Assembly (NCBI GenBank): GCA_034530615.2
Contig: JAVRCV020000052.1
Location: forward strand, 64,001 to 128,000
Direction: 5' to 3'
From: Aulosira sp. ZfuVER01
GTDB lineage: Bacteria > Cyanobacteriota > Cyanobacteriia > Cyanobacteriales > Nostocaceae
Length of the DNA stretch: 64,000 nucleotides
A program made the position numbers and the translations under genes. Each line of letters begins with the position of its first letter. The first letter of the stretch is position 1. This document shows, piece after piece, positions 9,793 to 19,935 of the stretch. Under the pieces are notes generated by a model. It was not told the origin of the DNA. It made no database searches and saw only the letters and a list, made by a program, of their open reading frames with translations.

Positions 9793-10920
9793 TTATAATT
9801 CAGCAACTGCGTAAATCATTTCCAAATAAATTGGCAACAACTTATCCCAACTAAAACGCTCATAAATAAAGCGATGACGCTGATAGAACTTCGATTTATC
9901 TTTGTTTGCTAACAGTACTTGGGTGATTAGATCTACTAAACTACCAGTTTTTGTGAAGTCACCAAAATATCCTTCATTTCCAAACGTATAGCGGGTAACT
10001 GCATAATCATGTACTATGCAGGGTAAACCATAAGACATTGCTTCTAAAAACACTCTTGCTAGTCCTTCACTAAGGGAAGCCAACACAAAAGTATCTGCAA
10101 CTCTGTAGTAATCTGCAACTTCATGGGAGGCTACAGTTCTCACTTGGAAATTTTCAGATCCCAATAAACTGTTACCCAGTTCGATAATTTCACCTGAACT
10201 TCCATCTTGTTGACCTAGCAGCAAAAGATAAGGACGTGTTTCAGGTAAACTAGCGACTTCACGAATTAAGTAATCCATGCGTTTATGGCTTTTGCTGATG
10301 TGACCTACAGAAAGTATCAAAGGTCTTTTTTCAGGTAATCCTAGTTTATTCCTTAAATACTCTTTTTCAGATGGTAAAAGCATTTGTAATTCAGCAGGTA
10401 TTTCCGCCCCAGCAGTAACTAGAGTTTGCTTTTGAGCCGATATCCCTGCATTTAAACAATTGTGGAGATGCTGAGGTGCAACTTGTTGTATGAGGTCACA
10501 GTTAGCAAAAATGGGAGATCGAGGCCGGAGTGGACCTCCATTGCAAAAAAGTAATTTATAGTTCTGTTTGCTAAAATCTCTCCAACGTGCAAGTAAATTA
10601 CCAATATCGTTATCACTAAAGTAAATTACATTTGGTTTTTCTCGCTGTATATATCTTAAGAGGCTAAAACAAAAAGATATTTGTTCAACTAAATAAGCAC
10701 TAGTCTTAGTGTACTTAGCTATCCTACAGGCTGTTCTAGTGTGGCGAGGCAAATTCCATAAAGGAATTTCTTGTGCTTGCGCTTTGCCACCACCTTTAAA
10801 AAGCGTAACTTCTAGAGAAGATTCTTTTGATAGTGCCTGAAATGCTTGCTGGGCAAAAGATTCATATCCACGCATAACATGGCCGAGACCTGTACATATT
10901 AGAAAAACTTTAAGTTTCAT
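9793..10920 (-). CDS. Glycosyltransferase family 4
   Basis: HKRMD and SLSEGLARVFLEAMSYGLP (Ex7E) motifs. Confidence 0.88.
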   Translation of the reverse strand: MKLKVFLICTGLGHVMRGYESFAQQAFQALSKESSLEVTLFKGGGKAQAQEIPLWNLPRHTRTACRIAKYTKTSAYLVEQISFCFSLLRYIQREKPNVIYFSDNDIGNLLARWRDFSKQNYKLLFCNGGPLRPRSPIFANCDLIQQVAPQHLHNCLNAGISAQKQTLVTAGAEIPAELQMLLPSEKEYLRNKLGLPEKRPLILSVGHISKSHKRMDYLIREVASLPETRPYLLLLGQQDGSSGEIIELGNSLLGSENFQVRTVASHEVADYYRVADTFVLASLSEGLARVFLEAMSYGLPCIVHDYAVTRYTFGNEGYFGDFTKTGSLVDLITQVLLANKDKSKFYQRHRFIYERFSWDKLLPIYLEMIYAVAEL

Positions 10921-10993
10921 TATTTGATGTCCATCTAAAAATTATTAATCATCAACAAGGCTCTGTACAATTTGATTATTACAAGTTCGCTGA

Positions 10994-11968
10994 TTACCAA
11001 TAATAAAAATAAAAGTTACTCAATGTTGCTATTCTTAAGCACCAATAACGATAATAGTAGCCAATATATTTATCTAATTTACGTTTCAGCTTTTGAATTA
11101 TAGAAGTTTTTTGATATTCAATCGCTTCATGCTGTTGAAAATAAATCAACTTTTCATCTAAATTCGCTTTTCCTTTTTGAACTTTATGCTTTTCTACCCA
11201 ATCCTTGAAATATACAATATCTTCCATAGCGTTCCATTTTACTGGCAGTCCTGCCTTAGCCGCAGCTAATCCTATTGCATAGCCTTCTGCATTATAAAAA
11301 CCATTTAACTCGCAATAATTGGCAATTGTTTCCCAATGTTTGATAAATTCGATTTCTCGTCCATCTTGTCTAGTCACTGCAAATAACATTTCCATAACAA
11401 ACTGGGTATTAGGATTTTCTAAATCTATATCCAGCTTTTTAGATAGCTTATTAAGAATGGCTAAATCTCTAATTCTCTTTGGTTTATGCGTATCATTTAC
11501 GGAATTAATATATGCTTGATTATGCTTGATAAGACTGGCACAACTTCTGGCAGTTATACCAGGTAGCCATTCTATATATGATGGTATATTGTCCAATATT
11601 CTGATATCTGCATCGACAAATATGCAGGTATTAAACAGTGATAGTGCCTTAGCAATTACAAACCTTTTATCATGGTAGCAACCTATACTCTGTTGTTGAT
11701 GTTCAAATGCTAAAACCTGAGAATAATTACTAAAGATTTTTGGCTGATCTGTTAAAACTACCAACTTTGTTCCAGGGGCATATTTTTCAATATCTTGGGC
11801 TAATAATAAGGCATGAGAGCGATATCTCTTGCCTAATGCTAATGTACAAAAACAATGTTTCTTATTTTCTAAAATCATTTCTTTTAAACTAAATTTTGAT
11901 ACTTTTAATAAGCTAAAATTTTTACGAAATTTTAACGCAAATCCAAGGAAAGATTTGCTTTTTACCAA
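10994..11968 (-). CDS. Putative GT-A fold sugar transferase / hypothetical protein (start may be 11878)
   Basis: FCTLALGKRY and IFVDAD (DxD); cluster context. Confidence 0.6.
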   Translation of the reverse strand: MVKSKSFLGFALKFRKNFSLLKVSKFSLKEMILENKKHCFCTLALGKRYRSHALLLAQDIEKYAPGTKLVVLTDQPKIFSNYSQVLAFEHQQQSIGCYHDKRFVIAKALSLFNTCIFVDADIRILDNIPSYIEWLPGITARSCASLIKHNQAYINSVNDTHKPKRIRDLAILNKLSKKLDIDLENPNTQFVMEMLFAVTRQDGREIEFIKHWETIANYCELNGFYNAEGYAIGLAAAKAGLPVKWNAMEDIVYFKDWVEKHKVQKGKANLDEKLIYFQQHEAIEYQKTSIIQKLKRKLDKYIGYYYRYWCLRIATLSNFYFYYW

Positions 11969-12369
11969 ACATATATTTAGTGGAAGTACTGAGTTTTTAA
12001 GTCTTATGTATTTCTTATATTAATGGGAGTAAATATTCAAATGTATAAACTTTCAGTAAAAACTTTTACGTATTTGATAAAAATTCAAACTTCCAAAACT
12101 AAATAAAGGAAAAAGTATGCAATTTAATCGGTGTATACTTAAGCAAATATCAGTTTTACACTAAGAATCAATGTAAAAATTAATCAGCATCTTGTAAAAA
12201 CACGTCTGTTTTCTGACTATAATGTGGTTCAAATAAGTAAAACTTATGTAAAAAATAATACTTCTAAATATATTGATGCTTAAAAAAATAAATGCTCACC
12301 ACACTATGAAATCAATTCAGTGCGGTGAGCAGTTAAATTTATTTCTTTGAGGGTTAATGGTTCTAATAC

Positions 12370-12750
12370 CTAAGACAAAGAATCTAAATCCAGAGATTGC
12401 ATACCTTGGCGCTCCACAAATTCCAGCATACTTCCCAACTGTACCCAAAGTAGCAAACAAGTCAGTAAACCAACTGGTAAGCCTACTCCTAAAGCGAGGA
12501 GGGTGGGAAAGCCAAATATCTCGAAACCTGAGTAGAGAAAGAGGCAAATACCACCAGTGATACCCAGAAATGGCACAACAAGTTGTTTTAATGGGGAACG
12601 CGGTTTAACATTTTCTGCGCGATCGCTTGGCCATTTTTGAACAATTACTTTTAAAGTCCCAGATAAGGCTACACCCGAGGTTAATGCTGTTAATAAACCA
12701 ACAAGTAGTAGGAAATATGGCGGATGCAGAGGGTAATAGTACATGAACAC
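12370..12750 (-). CDS. Small cyanobacterial membrane protein
   Basis: 126 aa with three hydrophobic segments; co-oriented downstream of the ABC1 kinase. Confidence 0.7.
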   Translation of the reverse strand: MFMYYYPLHPPYFLLLVGLLTALTSGVALSGTLKVIVQKWPSDRAENVKPRSPLKQLVVPFLGITGGICLFLYSGFEIFGFPTLLALGVGLPVGLLTCLLLWVQLGSMLEFVERQGMQSLDLDSLS

Positions 12751-12796
12751 TCCTAATTTGTAAAGAAATTTAACAGTAATTTGGCGTTTTTACTTG

Positions 12797-14578
12797 TTAG
12801 TTTTGACCTTGGACTCCATTACCACCAAAAGTCATAAAGGATGTAGCTTTTGGTAGGATGGCGGCTGCGCCTTCTCTAGATAACTCTGTTAAAAAACCGA
12901 TCGCTACATCGAATAAACGATTGGGCTGTAAGTCATCTTTCACCAGATTCCACAGGCGTTGAACTTCTTCTGTGTGCAGACGGTCATCTTCAGTGAGGGC
13001 TAGCACCAATTGCTTACGGAGAAACTTACCTTCTTCAGACAGTAGAAATTGCAAACCCATCTGGGCTGTAGGTAAGACATCAAAACTGCCATCAGTACGA
13101 GCGATCGCAATTAAATTCTCTAACCGCTGCCACTGGAATTTACCATCTTTAAACAGCACATTTAATAACCGCCGCCTTAATTCGGGAGATTCTCCGGTCA
13201 ACAACCGTCGTGCGATATAGGGATAACCAACCTCAACAATTTTGAAATTTGGATTGAGGCTCAGGGCAATACCTTCTTGGGTAACTAGGGAACGAATAAT
13301 CAAAGCAAACTTCGCTGGAACTCGGAAAGGATATTCATACATTAATTCCGAGAACTCATCGGTAATCGTTTTGAAGTTAAAATCCCCGACGTTTTTGCCG
13401 ATGGCGTTCCCCAAGACAGATTCTAATGCTGGGACAATCGGGCAAATATTTGTGTCTGGGGTGAGAAAACCCAACTTCACAAAGTCTGCGGCTAAGTCAG
13501 AGTAATCTTTATTCACCAGATGCACTAAAGCATCAACTAGAGTTTCTTTGGTGTTTTCCTCCAGTTGATCCATCATCCCAAAGTCTATGTAAGCCATCCG
13601 ACCATCGGGTATGGCAAACAAATTCCCTGGATGGGGGTCAGCATGGAAGAAGCCGTGTTCTAATAGCTGTTGTAAACCGGAGGTTACACCGATTTTGATG
13701 ATTTCCTCTGGATCTAAACCGGCTGCGCGGATGCTTTGCGTATCTGTTAGCTTAAAGCCGTTAATCCATTCCAGAGTTAAAACACGGCTATTGGTATAAC
13801 GCCAATAAATACTGGGGACTTTGACACTGGGATCATCGCGGAAGTTGTGCGCAAATTTTTCTGCGTTGCGACCTTCATTGATGTAGTCAATTTCCTCAAA
13901 TAACTTTGTGCCAAACTCGTCCACAATTAATGTAAGGTCGTGACCGAGATTGAGAGGTAACCAAGGCGCTAGCCAAGTTGCACCCCAACGCATGAGATAC
14001 AGGTCACGTGTCAAAGTTGGTCGTAAGTTAGGGCGTTGCACCTTCACTGCTACTTCTTCGCCACTGTGCAAACGACCGCGATAGACTTGACCTAAGCTAG
14101 CAGCGGCTACGGGTTTAGGTGACAGTTCGGTAAATACTTCGCGAACTGGGCGATCGAGTTCGGTTTCGATAATCTGATAGGCTAGTGCATTATCGAAAGC
14201 TGGCAATTGGTCTTGCAGCTTGACCAATTCTTCTAAGAAGTCTTTCCGTATCAGATCGGGTCTGGTCGATAGGGCTTGACCAACTTTAATAAAAGTAGGG
14301 CCAAGGCCAGTGAGCAGTTCTCGTAATTGAGTGGCGCGTTTTCTCTTGTTCTGCTCTACTTGATTTTGCCATTCATCCCACTTCAGACTAATGATAAATC
14401 CAGCAAATGACAAGATAATTCTCAGTAAGCGCCCCCAAGCTAGCCAGGGACGGTAACGATAATAACTAGCGATCGCGTCTGGATTGTAGCGCCTTAGCTG
14501 AGCAGATTGATACTGACCCACGCTTTTATTTGCCTCTTCAACTGGGAAATTTACACTTTTTTTGTTGGTTTCCAACAC
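12797..14578 (-). CDS. ABC1/AarF/UbiB family atypical kinase
   Basis: LGPTFIKVGQ, AAASLGQVY, VAVKVQRP, FHADPHPGN, DFGMM. Confidence 0.95.
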   Translation of the reverse strand: MLETNKKSVNFPVEEANKSVGQYQSAQLRRYNPDAIASYYRYRPWLAWGRLLRIILSFAGFIISLKWDEWQNQVEQNKRKRATQLRELLTGLGPTFIKVGQALSTRPDLIRKDFLEELVKLQDQLPAFDNALAYQIIETELDRPVREVFTELSPKPVAAASLGQVYRGRLHSGEEVAVKVQRPNLRPTLTRDLYLMRWGATWLAPWLPLNLGHDLTLIVDEFGTKLFEEIDYINEGRNAEKFAHNFRDDPSVKVPSIYWRYTNSRVLTLEWINGFKLTDTQSIRAAGLDPEEIIKIGVTSGLQQLLEHGFFHADPHPGNLFAIPDGRMAYIDFGMMDQLEENTKETLVDALVHLVNKDYSDLAADFVKLGFLTPDTNICPIVPALESVLGNAIGKNVGDFNFKTITDEFSELMYEYPFRVPAKFALIIRSLVTQEGIALSLNPNFKIVEVGYPYIARRLLTGESPELRRRLLNVLFKDGKFQWQRLENLIAIARTDGSFDVLPTAQMGLQFLLSEEGKFLRKQLVLALTEDDRLHTEEVQRLWNLVKDDLQPNRLFDVAIGFLTELSREGAAAILPKATSFMTFGGNGVQGQN

Positions 14579-14793
14579 TACTTGCTAGTTGCAAGTACTA
14601 GATACCGAGAGTTTTTATAAAACACAATAAAGCTTTACCCATTTCTGGATAGTTTTACGGCAATATTTAGCCTGCTTTACTGCTGAGATTTTGTTATCTT
14701 TTTCTTAATTATACTTTAGAAAAGTACAAATATTCCTTCTCTATAAGGATTTTGGGTATTTATGTAATATTAAATACAATTGTGTATGGAGAA

Positions 14794-14889
14794 TTGGGCA
14801 TGGGGCATGGGGCATTGGGCATTGGGCATTGAGTATGATTCATAATTCTCCTTGTCTCCCTTGTCTTCCTTTTCTCTTTCTCTGCTTCT
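14794..14889. repeat. STRR block: (TKGGGCA)5 plus CCTTGTCT-rich tract
   Basis: Five heptamers at 14794-14828 followed by a pyrimidine tract. Confidence 0.85.
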
Positions 14890-14901
14890 AAAGACAAACG
14901 C

Positions 14902-15336
14902 CTAAAGCCACTCCCCGCCACGGAAACGCCAACGAAGAAAGATGATGCGCATGAGGCTTTGGGAGGCAATGAAAACTGCTAGCCAAACTATGCTGTAATG
15001 CAGGAGAAAAACTTGTGGTGGTAGTTCCTCTTTAGGTATGGGTATTGCTAAGAAGCCAAAAAGTTTGACGCCACAGAAAATAAATATAAATTCCCAGATG
15101 CCGACAAAGAGTTGATAAGCTGCGGGCCAGTCCCGATCCCAACGGAATTTTTGCAGATAGTTATAAAGTACATCCCAACCTAAGCCGAAGATGGCGACAT
15201 AGGTAAGTATCCAGAAATAAGCTGAGTTCGGGCCAGGGCCAATTAAACCGACTGCAAAAGGTAATGAGACTAATACACCTATAGTTGCTAGTAGTAATAA
15301 TCGAGTTTGCCACCGACCAAATAAAGTTGGAGTCAT
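14902..15336 (-). CDS. Hypothetical membrane protein
   Basis: 144 aa, ~4 TM segments, MTPTLFGRWQTR start, RWDRDWP motif. Confidence 0.75.
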   Translation of the reverse strand: MTPTLFGRWQTRLLLLATIGVLVSLPFAVGLIGPGPNSAYFWILTYVAIFGLGWDVLYNYLQKFRWDRDWPAAYQLFVGIWEFIFIFCGVKLFGFLAIPIPKEELPPQVFLLHYSIVWLAVFIASQSLMRIIFLRWRFRGGEWL

Positions 15337-15383
15337 GAGAGTGCTGAGTACTGAGTTTAATTGAGCTTTATCATACTCATATT

Positions 15384-15407
15384 AAAAAACTCCACAAGAT
15401 TGTGGAG
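15384..15407 (-). terminator. Probable intrinsic terminator downstream of the GDSL gene
   Basis: CTCCACAA/TTGTGGAG stem followed on the minus strand by T6. Confidence 0.55.
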
Positions 15408-15432
15408 CTTTTCGTAAAAATGGGAATTTTGT

Positions 15433-16143
15433 TTAAACCGATACGGGAGAATGGTAGGTTGCGAGTGCTTCCCAATTGCTTACATCTTCTAACAACGCTT
15501 GATAACCTAGTGTGTTGGGGTGAAGTCCATCGTCACTGATACGTTTGCGCCGCCAAAGTTCACCGCGTTCCATCCATTGGTCGAAAATATCGAGATAGGG
15601 AATTCGGTGTTTATTGCAAGCAATTCTAGTGGCTTCTTTGTAGCGGTACTGATCGGCATGATTGTAGTAGAAGCAATCTAGAAATGGCATTTTGGTTTCA
15701 TCAACAGGAACCATGCCAACAAATACTACAGGACAGAGTTGTTGCGCTTGTTCTAGTAGTTCGGCTATTTCTGATTCAAATAAACCGAAATCTGTATAAT
15801 TTCGCCCATTAGGACGAGATAAGCGCGCTGAATCATTTACCCCTACCGACAAAATAATCAAGTCTGGAACACGATTTCGCAGTTCACCTCGATGACGAAA
15901 TTCTACTTCTAGCCTTTGGGCGACTTGCTGGGTGCGATCGCCTCTTACTCCCAGGTTATAAAGAACATGACCAGTACTATCCGGTAACATCCACTGTCGC
16001 CGTAGTTGTTCGACCCAGCCTCCTTTGTCCGGATCGCCAAATCCATATACTAAGCTATCCCCCAGTGCGATAATCTTCAAAGGCTGACAATGGTTTGGAG
16101 CTATAGACAGCTGCATTGAGGAAGGTCGCTCGAATGTTTGCAT
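15433..16143 (-). CDS. GDSL/SGNH esterase-lipase
   Basis: GDSL, GVND and DGLHP motifs. Confidence 0.92.
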   Translation of the reverse strand: MQTFERPSSMQLSIAPNHCQPLKIIALGDSLVYGFGDPDKGGWVEQLRRQWMLPDSTGHVLYNLGVRGDRTQQVAQRLEVEFRHRGELRNRVPDLIILSVGVNDSARLSRPNGRNYTDFGLFESEIAELLEQAQQLCPVVFVGMVPVDETKMPFLDCFYYNHADQYRYKEATRIACNKHRIPYLDIFDQWMERGELWRRKRISDDGLHPNTLGYQALLEDVSNWEALATYHSPVSV

Positions 16144-16212
16144 CTTAAAAAAGACTATATTTTATATCTTTACAAGATTCTATACATTTCTACACCATTA
16201 CAAAGTATATTT

Positions 16213-17103
16213 CTACTCCCTACTTTGGGAAGAGTTGATAAAGTAAGGAACTAAAGCATCTTTGCGCGGCCAATTGCGATAGAGAAATCGCACTAGCAAA
16301 GGCAGCGAAATGAGCATAAGTACAACGCCAACCCACCAGCTAGAACGTAGTTGTTCTAAAAGGTTCACTGTGGAAGTAGTAGTCTTTGAACCACTGGATA
16401 ATAACCCCATTCCTACTGCTACTGAATTGTTGAACGCATGGCAGGCGATCGGTACAATGAGCGTGCGGGTTTTGATATATAAAACCCCCATGATGATGCC
16501 GAAAAGGGTCAATCCTAGCACATTGGCGTGTAAAATTCCGAACAATAGTCCAGAAAAAACTAAGGCAGATTGAATACCCCATTTAGTTGCCCAGCGCTGC
16601 AAGATAATACCTCTAAAAATAAATTCCTCAGTGATTGGCGCAATTACTATGTATACTATCCCTGCTAGTAGGTTATAAAATGGTGGTGAAGTAGTCCCAG
16701 GGGATGGCCTGCTAGCAAGTTGGTGCATGACACTTTCTACAAAAGTAGGTGCTGCTAATGAGAGTAAATAAAACGACACCAAATAGGCACTGAGGGAAAA
16801 TAGAATAATCAATAAAACTAAGCCGACCATCGGCAGCCATTTATGCTTGTTTGGTACTCGTCCGACTACATATTTAAGTTCAATGCCAAAGCGATTAAAA
16901 TCTGTTAGTTCCCAAAGGCACAGAAATCCAAAAATAAAAATGTAGAGGACTAACGTGACGATTTTAGTATTGAATTTTACACCACTAAACCCTTGAACCA
17001 CCCCTAGAGCAATACCAATACCAATCGTTAATAGTAAACCCCGCAAAAATAAATTGCGAACCTTGAGCTTCAGGAATGGATGAGGAGAATTCTCAGGTGT
17101 CAT
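16213..17103 (-). CDS. CPBP/CAAX-type intramembrane metalloprotease
   Basis: EEFIFRG, FGILH and HAFNN motifs; multi-TM. Confidence 0.92.
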   Translation of the reverse strand: MTPENSPHPFLKLKVRNLFLRGLLLTIGIGIALGVVQGFSGVKFNTKIVTLVLYIFIFGFLCLWELTDFNRFGIELKYVVGRVPNKHKWLPMVGLVLLIILFSLSAYLVSFYLLSLAAPTFVESVMHQLASRPSPGTTSPPFYNLLAGIVYIVIAPITEEFIFRGIILQRWATKWGIQSALVFSGLLFGILHANVLGLTLFGIIMGVLYIKTRTLIVPIACHAFNNSVAVGMGLLSSGSKTTTSTVNLLEQLRSSWWVGVVLMLISLPLLVRFLYRNWPRKDALVPYFINSSQSRE

Positions 17104-17146
17104 AAATTAATTGTGGGCGATCGCCTATAGTTTTGTTAGCTGTCAC

Positions 17147-19105
17147 CTAGGTGGGAGACTGATTAAATACCCACTTCAACCACTGGCTAAAAGAACTTAG
17201 AGCATTCAAACGCTTCACTCCAGGGGCACGGGCAGCAGCGAGTCCATCAACGGCAACTAATGCGGCATACTGCAAGCCTAAAAAGCTATCAACTGCTGCA
17301 TAAGGGCCACCGAGGGTAATTGCACCTGCGGCATACATTTGACCTTTCGTGTTACGCATTTCTACTAGCTCAAAGTTGTTGGCGACAACTAATCGCCCTA
17401 GGTGATTGAGAGGCAGACTGTAGTGTTTCACTAGGTCATCTAATAGAGGATTAGTTTGAACTTTGGCATCTAAGCCAGTGGCATCAATAATAAAGTCAGC
17501 CTCCAGTTTCATTTCTCCCAAGCCTTTTTCACGGATATGGGTAATGGTGCGGTTTTGGCTACCTTGTTCTACACCTAGTACTTCCCCAAAGGTAATTTGA
17601 TACCAGCCTTCGCTTAATCCTTGTTCTGTAATTCGCTGCCAATCGTAACGATCGGCGGTGGTAGTGCCACCCCAATCTGCTAGGAGGCTTTTGCGTTCAT
17701 CGGGACTAGCTTTTTCTAACATGACGCGCAGTTCACCACTCCAACAAGCTTTCGGCCAGTTAAAGGGCTGAAATTCATAATGATTTTTCACTGCACGTTG
17801 GGCTTTTTGGAATTTGTTGCCTTGGGGTTTAGGCGATCGCATTAAGTGCAAAACTGTAATATTACGGTTCTTCTTACGCGCTTCATAAATTCGCTGCACA
17901 ATCCGCGAAGCTACAATTCCTCGCCCTCGCAGTAACACCGTACCACCCTGTTGCTCTAGCTGCTGATAAACACCATCGTGTTCTTCATACGCATTCACAA
18001 CAGCTTTAAAGTCTTGATATTTTTCTCTATAAGCTTGTAAATCTGGTAAAAACTGAATCGCTGGATAGCCTGTTGCCAAGTGCAAATAACGTGTTATTAA
18101 AAAAGCATAATTTCTCGGGCCGCGAGAATAAGCGACGCAATATCTCCCATCTTCAGTTTTGCGAATTGCCCTCACTCGCCCATATCTATATATTTGTTGC
18201 CAGCCAATACGCTTCGCTTCCCTATCAATGGAATCAAAGACATTACCAGCACGGGGAGTATAAGTATCTACAAATGTTGGTTCAGCAAACACTTGCCATA
18301 AATATTTAAATGCTGAGTTGGGTTTACCTTGGGTAAAATCATGCCAAGCTTCTCTTAAAGCATAGCTAGGCCAGCCCCAAATGTTATCAGGACAGGAGTC
18401 TGAATTAGACCGTAATCTTTCATGTAAAGGAATTTGGGAATTTAAACAGAGGCGCTTATAACGGGCATAAGGTTCAGCTTCTAATCCCAAAGCCACAATT
18501 TTGTCAGCCCGGACACCACTAAGTCGCAGCAAATCCGTCCAGACAAAGCTACCCAATCCTGCCCCGACTGCGAGATAATCGCATTCATCTACAGGTAAGC
18601 CTGTAGCGTGAAGCGCTTGCACAACTACCTGCTGTTCCTGAAATGCTGGTGGCGGAAAATTACTACCGAGTGGTGTTACAACTGGGGTAGCCGGTAAACT
18701 GGGATCTGGGATATTGGTATTGGGATTAAACTGAATAGCTGAAGGCGGGCTGGTAGGTGGTATAGGTGCGTTGATACTAAAAGTCACCGCGATCGTGTAA
18801 GGGCCAATTTGTACCGTGTCACCGTTAGCCACAACGCTGCGTGTTTGTCGTTGTCCGTTAACAAATACACCGTTGACACTACCTTGATCGGTCACTACCA
18901 GTTGATTTTGTTCCCAATCAATTAAGGCATGGTAGCGAGAAACTTCATTACTATTCAGCAGCATTCGCGAGACACGCTCTCCCCTCAATTCTGTTGGTAA
19001 GCGTGCAAATTCCCGACCAAAAGCGATCGGTACACTTAATCTAGGTTCTCTTCGTTCTCCTGTAGCTGGATCGTCCCAACTTAATTGAATATGTAAGTTT
19101 GTCAT
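17147..19105 (-). CDS. FHA domain fused to an FAD/NAD(P)-binding oxidoreductase-like domain
   Basis: N-terminal FGRE..VSRYHA..SVNGVFVNG (FHA), Pro-rich linker, then GAGLGS, LATGY, GRGIVA, DATG. Confidence 0.75.
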   Translation of the reverse strand: MTNLHIQLSWDDPATGERREPRLSVPIAFGREFARLPTELRGERVSRMLLNSNEVSRYHALIDWEQNQLVVTDQGSVNGVFVNGQRQTRSVVANGDTVQIGPYTIAVTFSINAPIPPTSPPSAIQFNPNTNIPDPSLPATPVVTPLGSNFPPPAFQEQQVVVQALHATGLPVDECDYLAVGAGLGSFVWTDLLRLSGVRADKIVALGLEAEPYARYKRLCLNSQIPLHERLRSNSDSCPDNIWGWPSYALREAWHDFTQGKPNSAFKYLWQVFAEPTFVDTYTPRAGNVFDSIDREAKRIGWQQIYRYGRVRAIRKTEDGRYCVAYSRGPRNYAFLITRYLHLATGYPAIQFLPDLQAYREKYQDFKAVVNAYEEHDGVYQQLEQQGGTVLLRGRGIVASRIVQRIYEARKKNRNITVLHLMRSPKPQGNKFQKAQRAVKNHYEFQPFNWPKACWSGELRVMLEKASPDERKSLLADWGGTTTADRYDWQRITEQGLSEGWYQITFGEVLGVEQGSQNRTITHIREKGLGEMKLEADFIIDATGLDAKVQTNPLLDDLVKHYSLPLNHLGRLVVANNFELVEMRNTKGQMYAAGAITLGGPYAAVDSFLGLQYAALVAVDGLAAARAPGVKRLNALSSFSQWLKWVFNQSPT

Positions 19106-19209
19106 TGGTCATTAGTCATTTGTAATGGGGCATGGGGCATTGGGCATTGGGCAAGACTTATTAGTTAATTCCTCCTTGTCCTCCTTGTCCCTCTGCTCCC
19201 TGCTTCTCT
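19101..19209. repeat. STRR composite block: (GTCATTN)n, (TKGGGCA)4, CCTTGTC tract
   Basis: Heptamer tandems between the two FHA genes. Confidence 0.8.
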
Positions 19210-19809
19210 TCAATGATTCGGTGCAACTAATACACTAACTGCGGCGGCTAAGGATGTTCCACACCAAGGACAGCCAACTTGCAGATTCTCAGTGGGGGAG
19301 ATTTTATGACATTTGGGACACTCTAAGCCATAAACACCTGGTGGTGGTACGGGAGGTGTTGGTGGATGTTGGTGATGTCTAATTTGTACCTGTGGTTGTT
19401 GGTTGATTGGGGGTCTGGTGGGATGGGTACTTGCGATCGCTGGGGTTGGAGGTGTCAAAATTGTTGGCGGAATACTGTTAAGGGAAATGGCTGTGACTTT
19501 GACTTCCATTTGTCCTAATTGAATAATGCTACCTTCTCTTAAGGGCAGTTCGCCTTGAACTAGTTGTTGTCTATCTACTAAAGGGGGATTTTGCGATCGC
19601 AGGTTCCTGATATAGAAGCTTTGCTGCTGGCGGTGAAAAAAGATTTCTACGTGCAGACCAGATACAGTAGGGTTAGTTACAACAATGTCGCACCGGATTG
19701 GATCTCGACCGATGCGGACAGTACCAGGATTTTTGCTTGGTTGTTGTTCGTAAATGTTCTGTGTTTTTTCTTGACCTGCATCGTGCCACTCTAAAGTTAG
19801 TGCATTCAT
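19210..19809 (-). CDS. FHA domain protein with C-terminal zinc ribbon
   Basis: IGRD..VSGLH..SQN (FHA); Pro-rich linker; CPKC and CPWC. Confidence 0.85.
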   Translation of the reverse strand: MNALTLEWHDAGQEKTQNIYEQQPSKNPGTVRIGRDPIRCDIVVTNPTVSGLHVEIFFHRQQQSFYIRNLRSQNPPLVDRQQLVQGELPLREGSIIQLGQMEVKVTAISLNSIPPTILTPPTPAIASTHPTRPPINQQPQVQIRHHQHPPTPPVPPPGVYGLECPKCHKISPTENLQVGCPWCGTSLAAAVSVLVAPNH

Positions 19810-19935
19810 TGTTCTAACTTGTAACTTTTATTTGGTTACTTCAACTCCTTTCTGTGCGATTCCTAACACGACTCGGCAGGTGCAAGCAAGCATTTAGAAA
19901 AAACTTCAAACAAAATAATGTATATCATCTCCACT

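Noticed and set aside
14760..14969. 69-aa ORF with CPMPNAPCPMPN
   Set aside because: Translation of STRR heptamers
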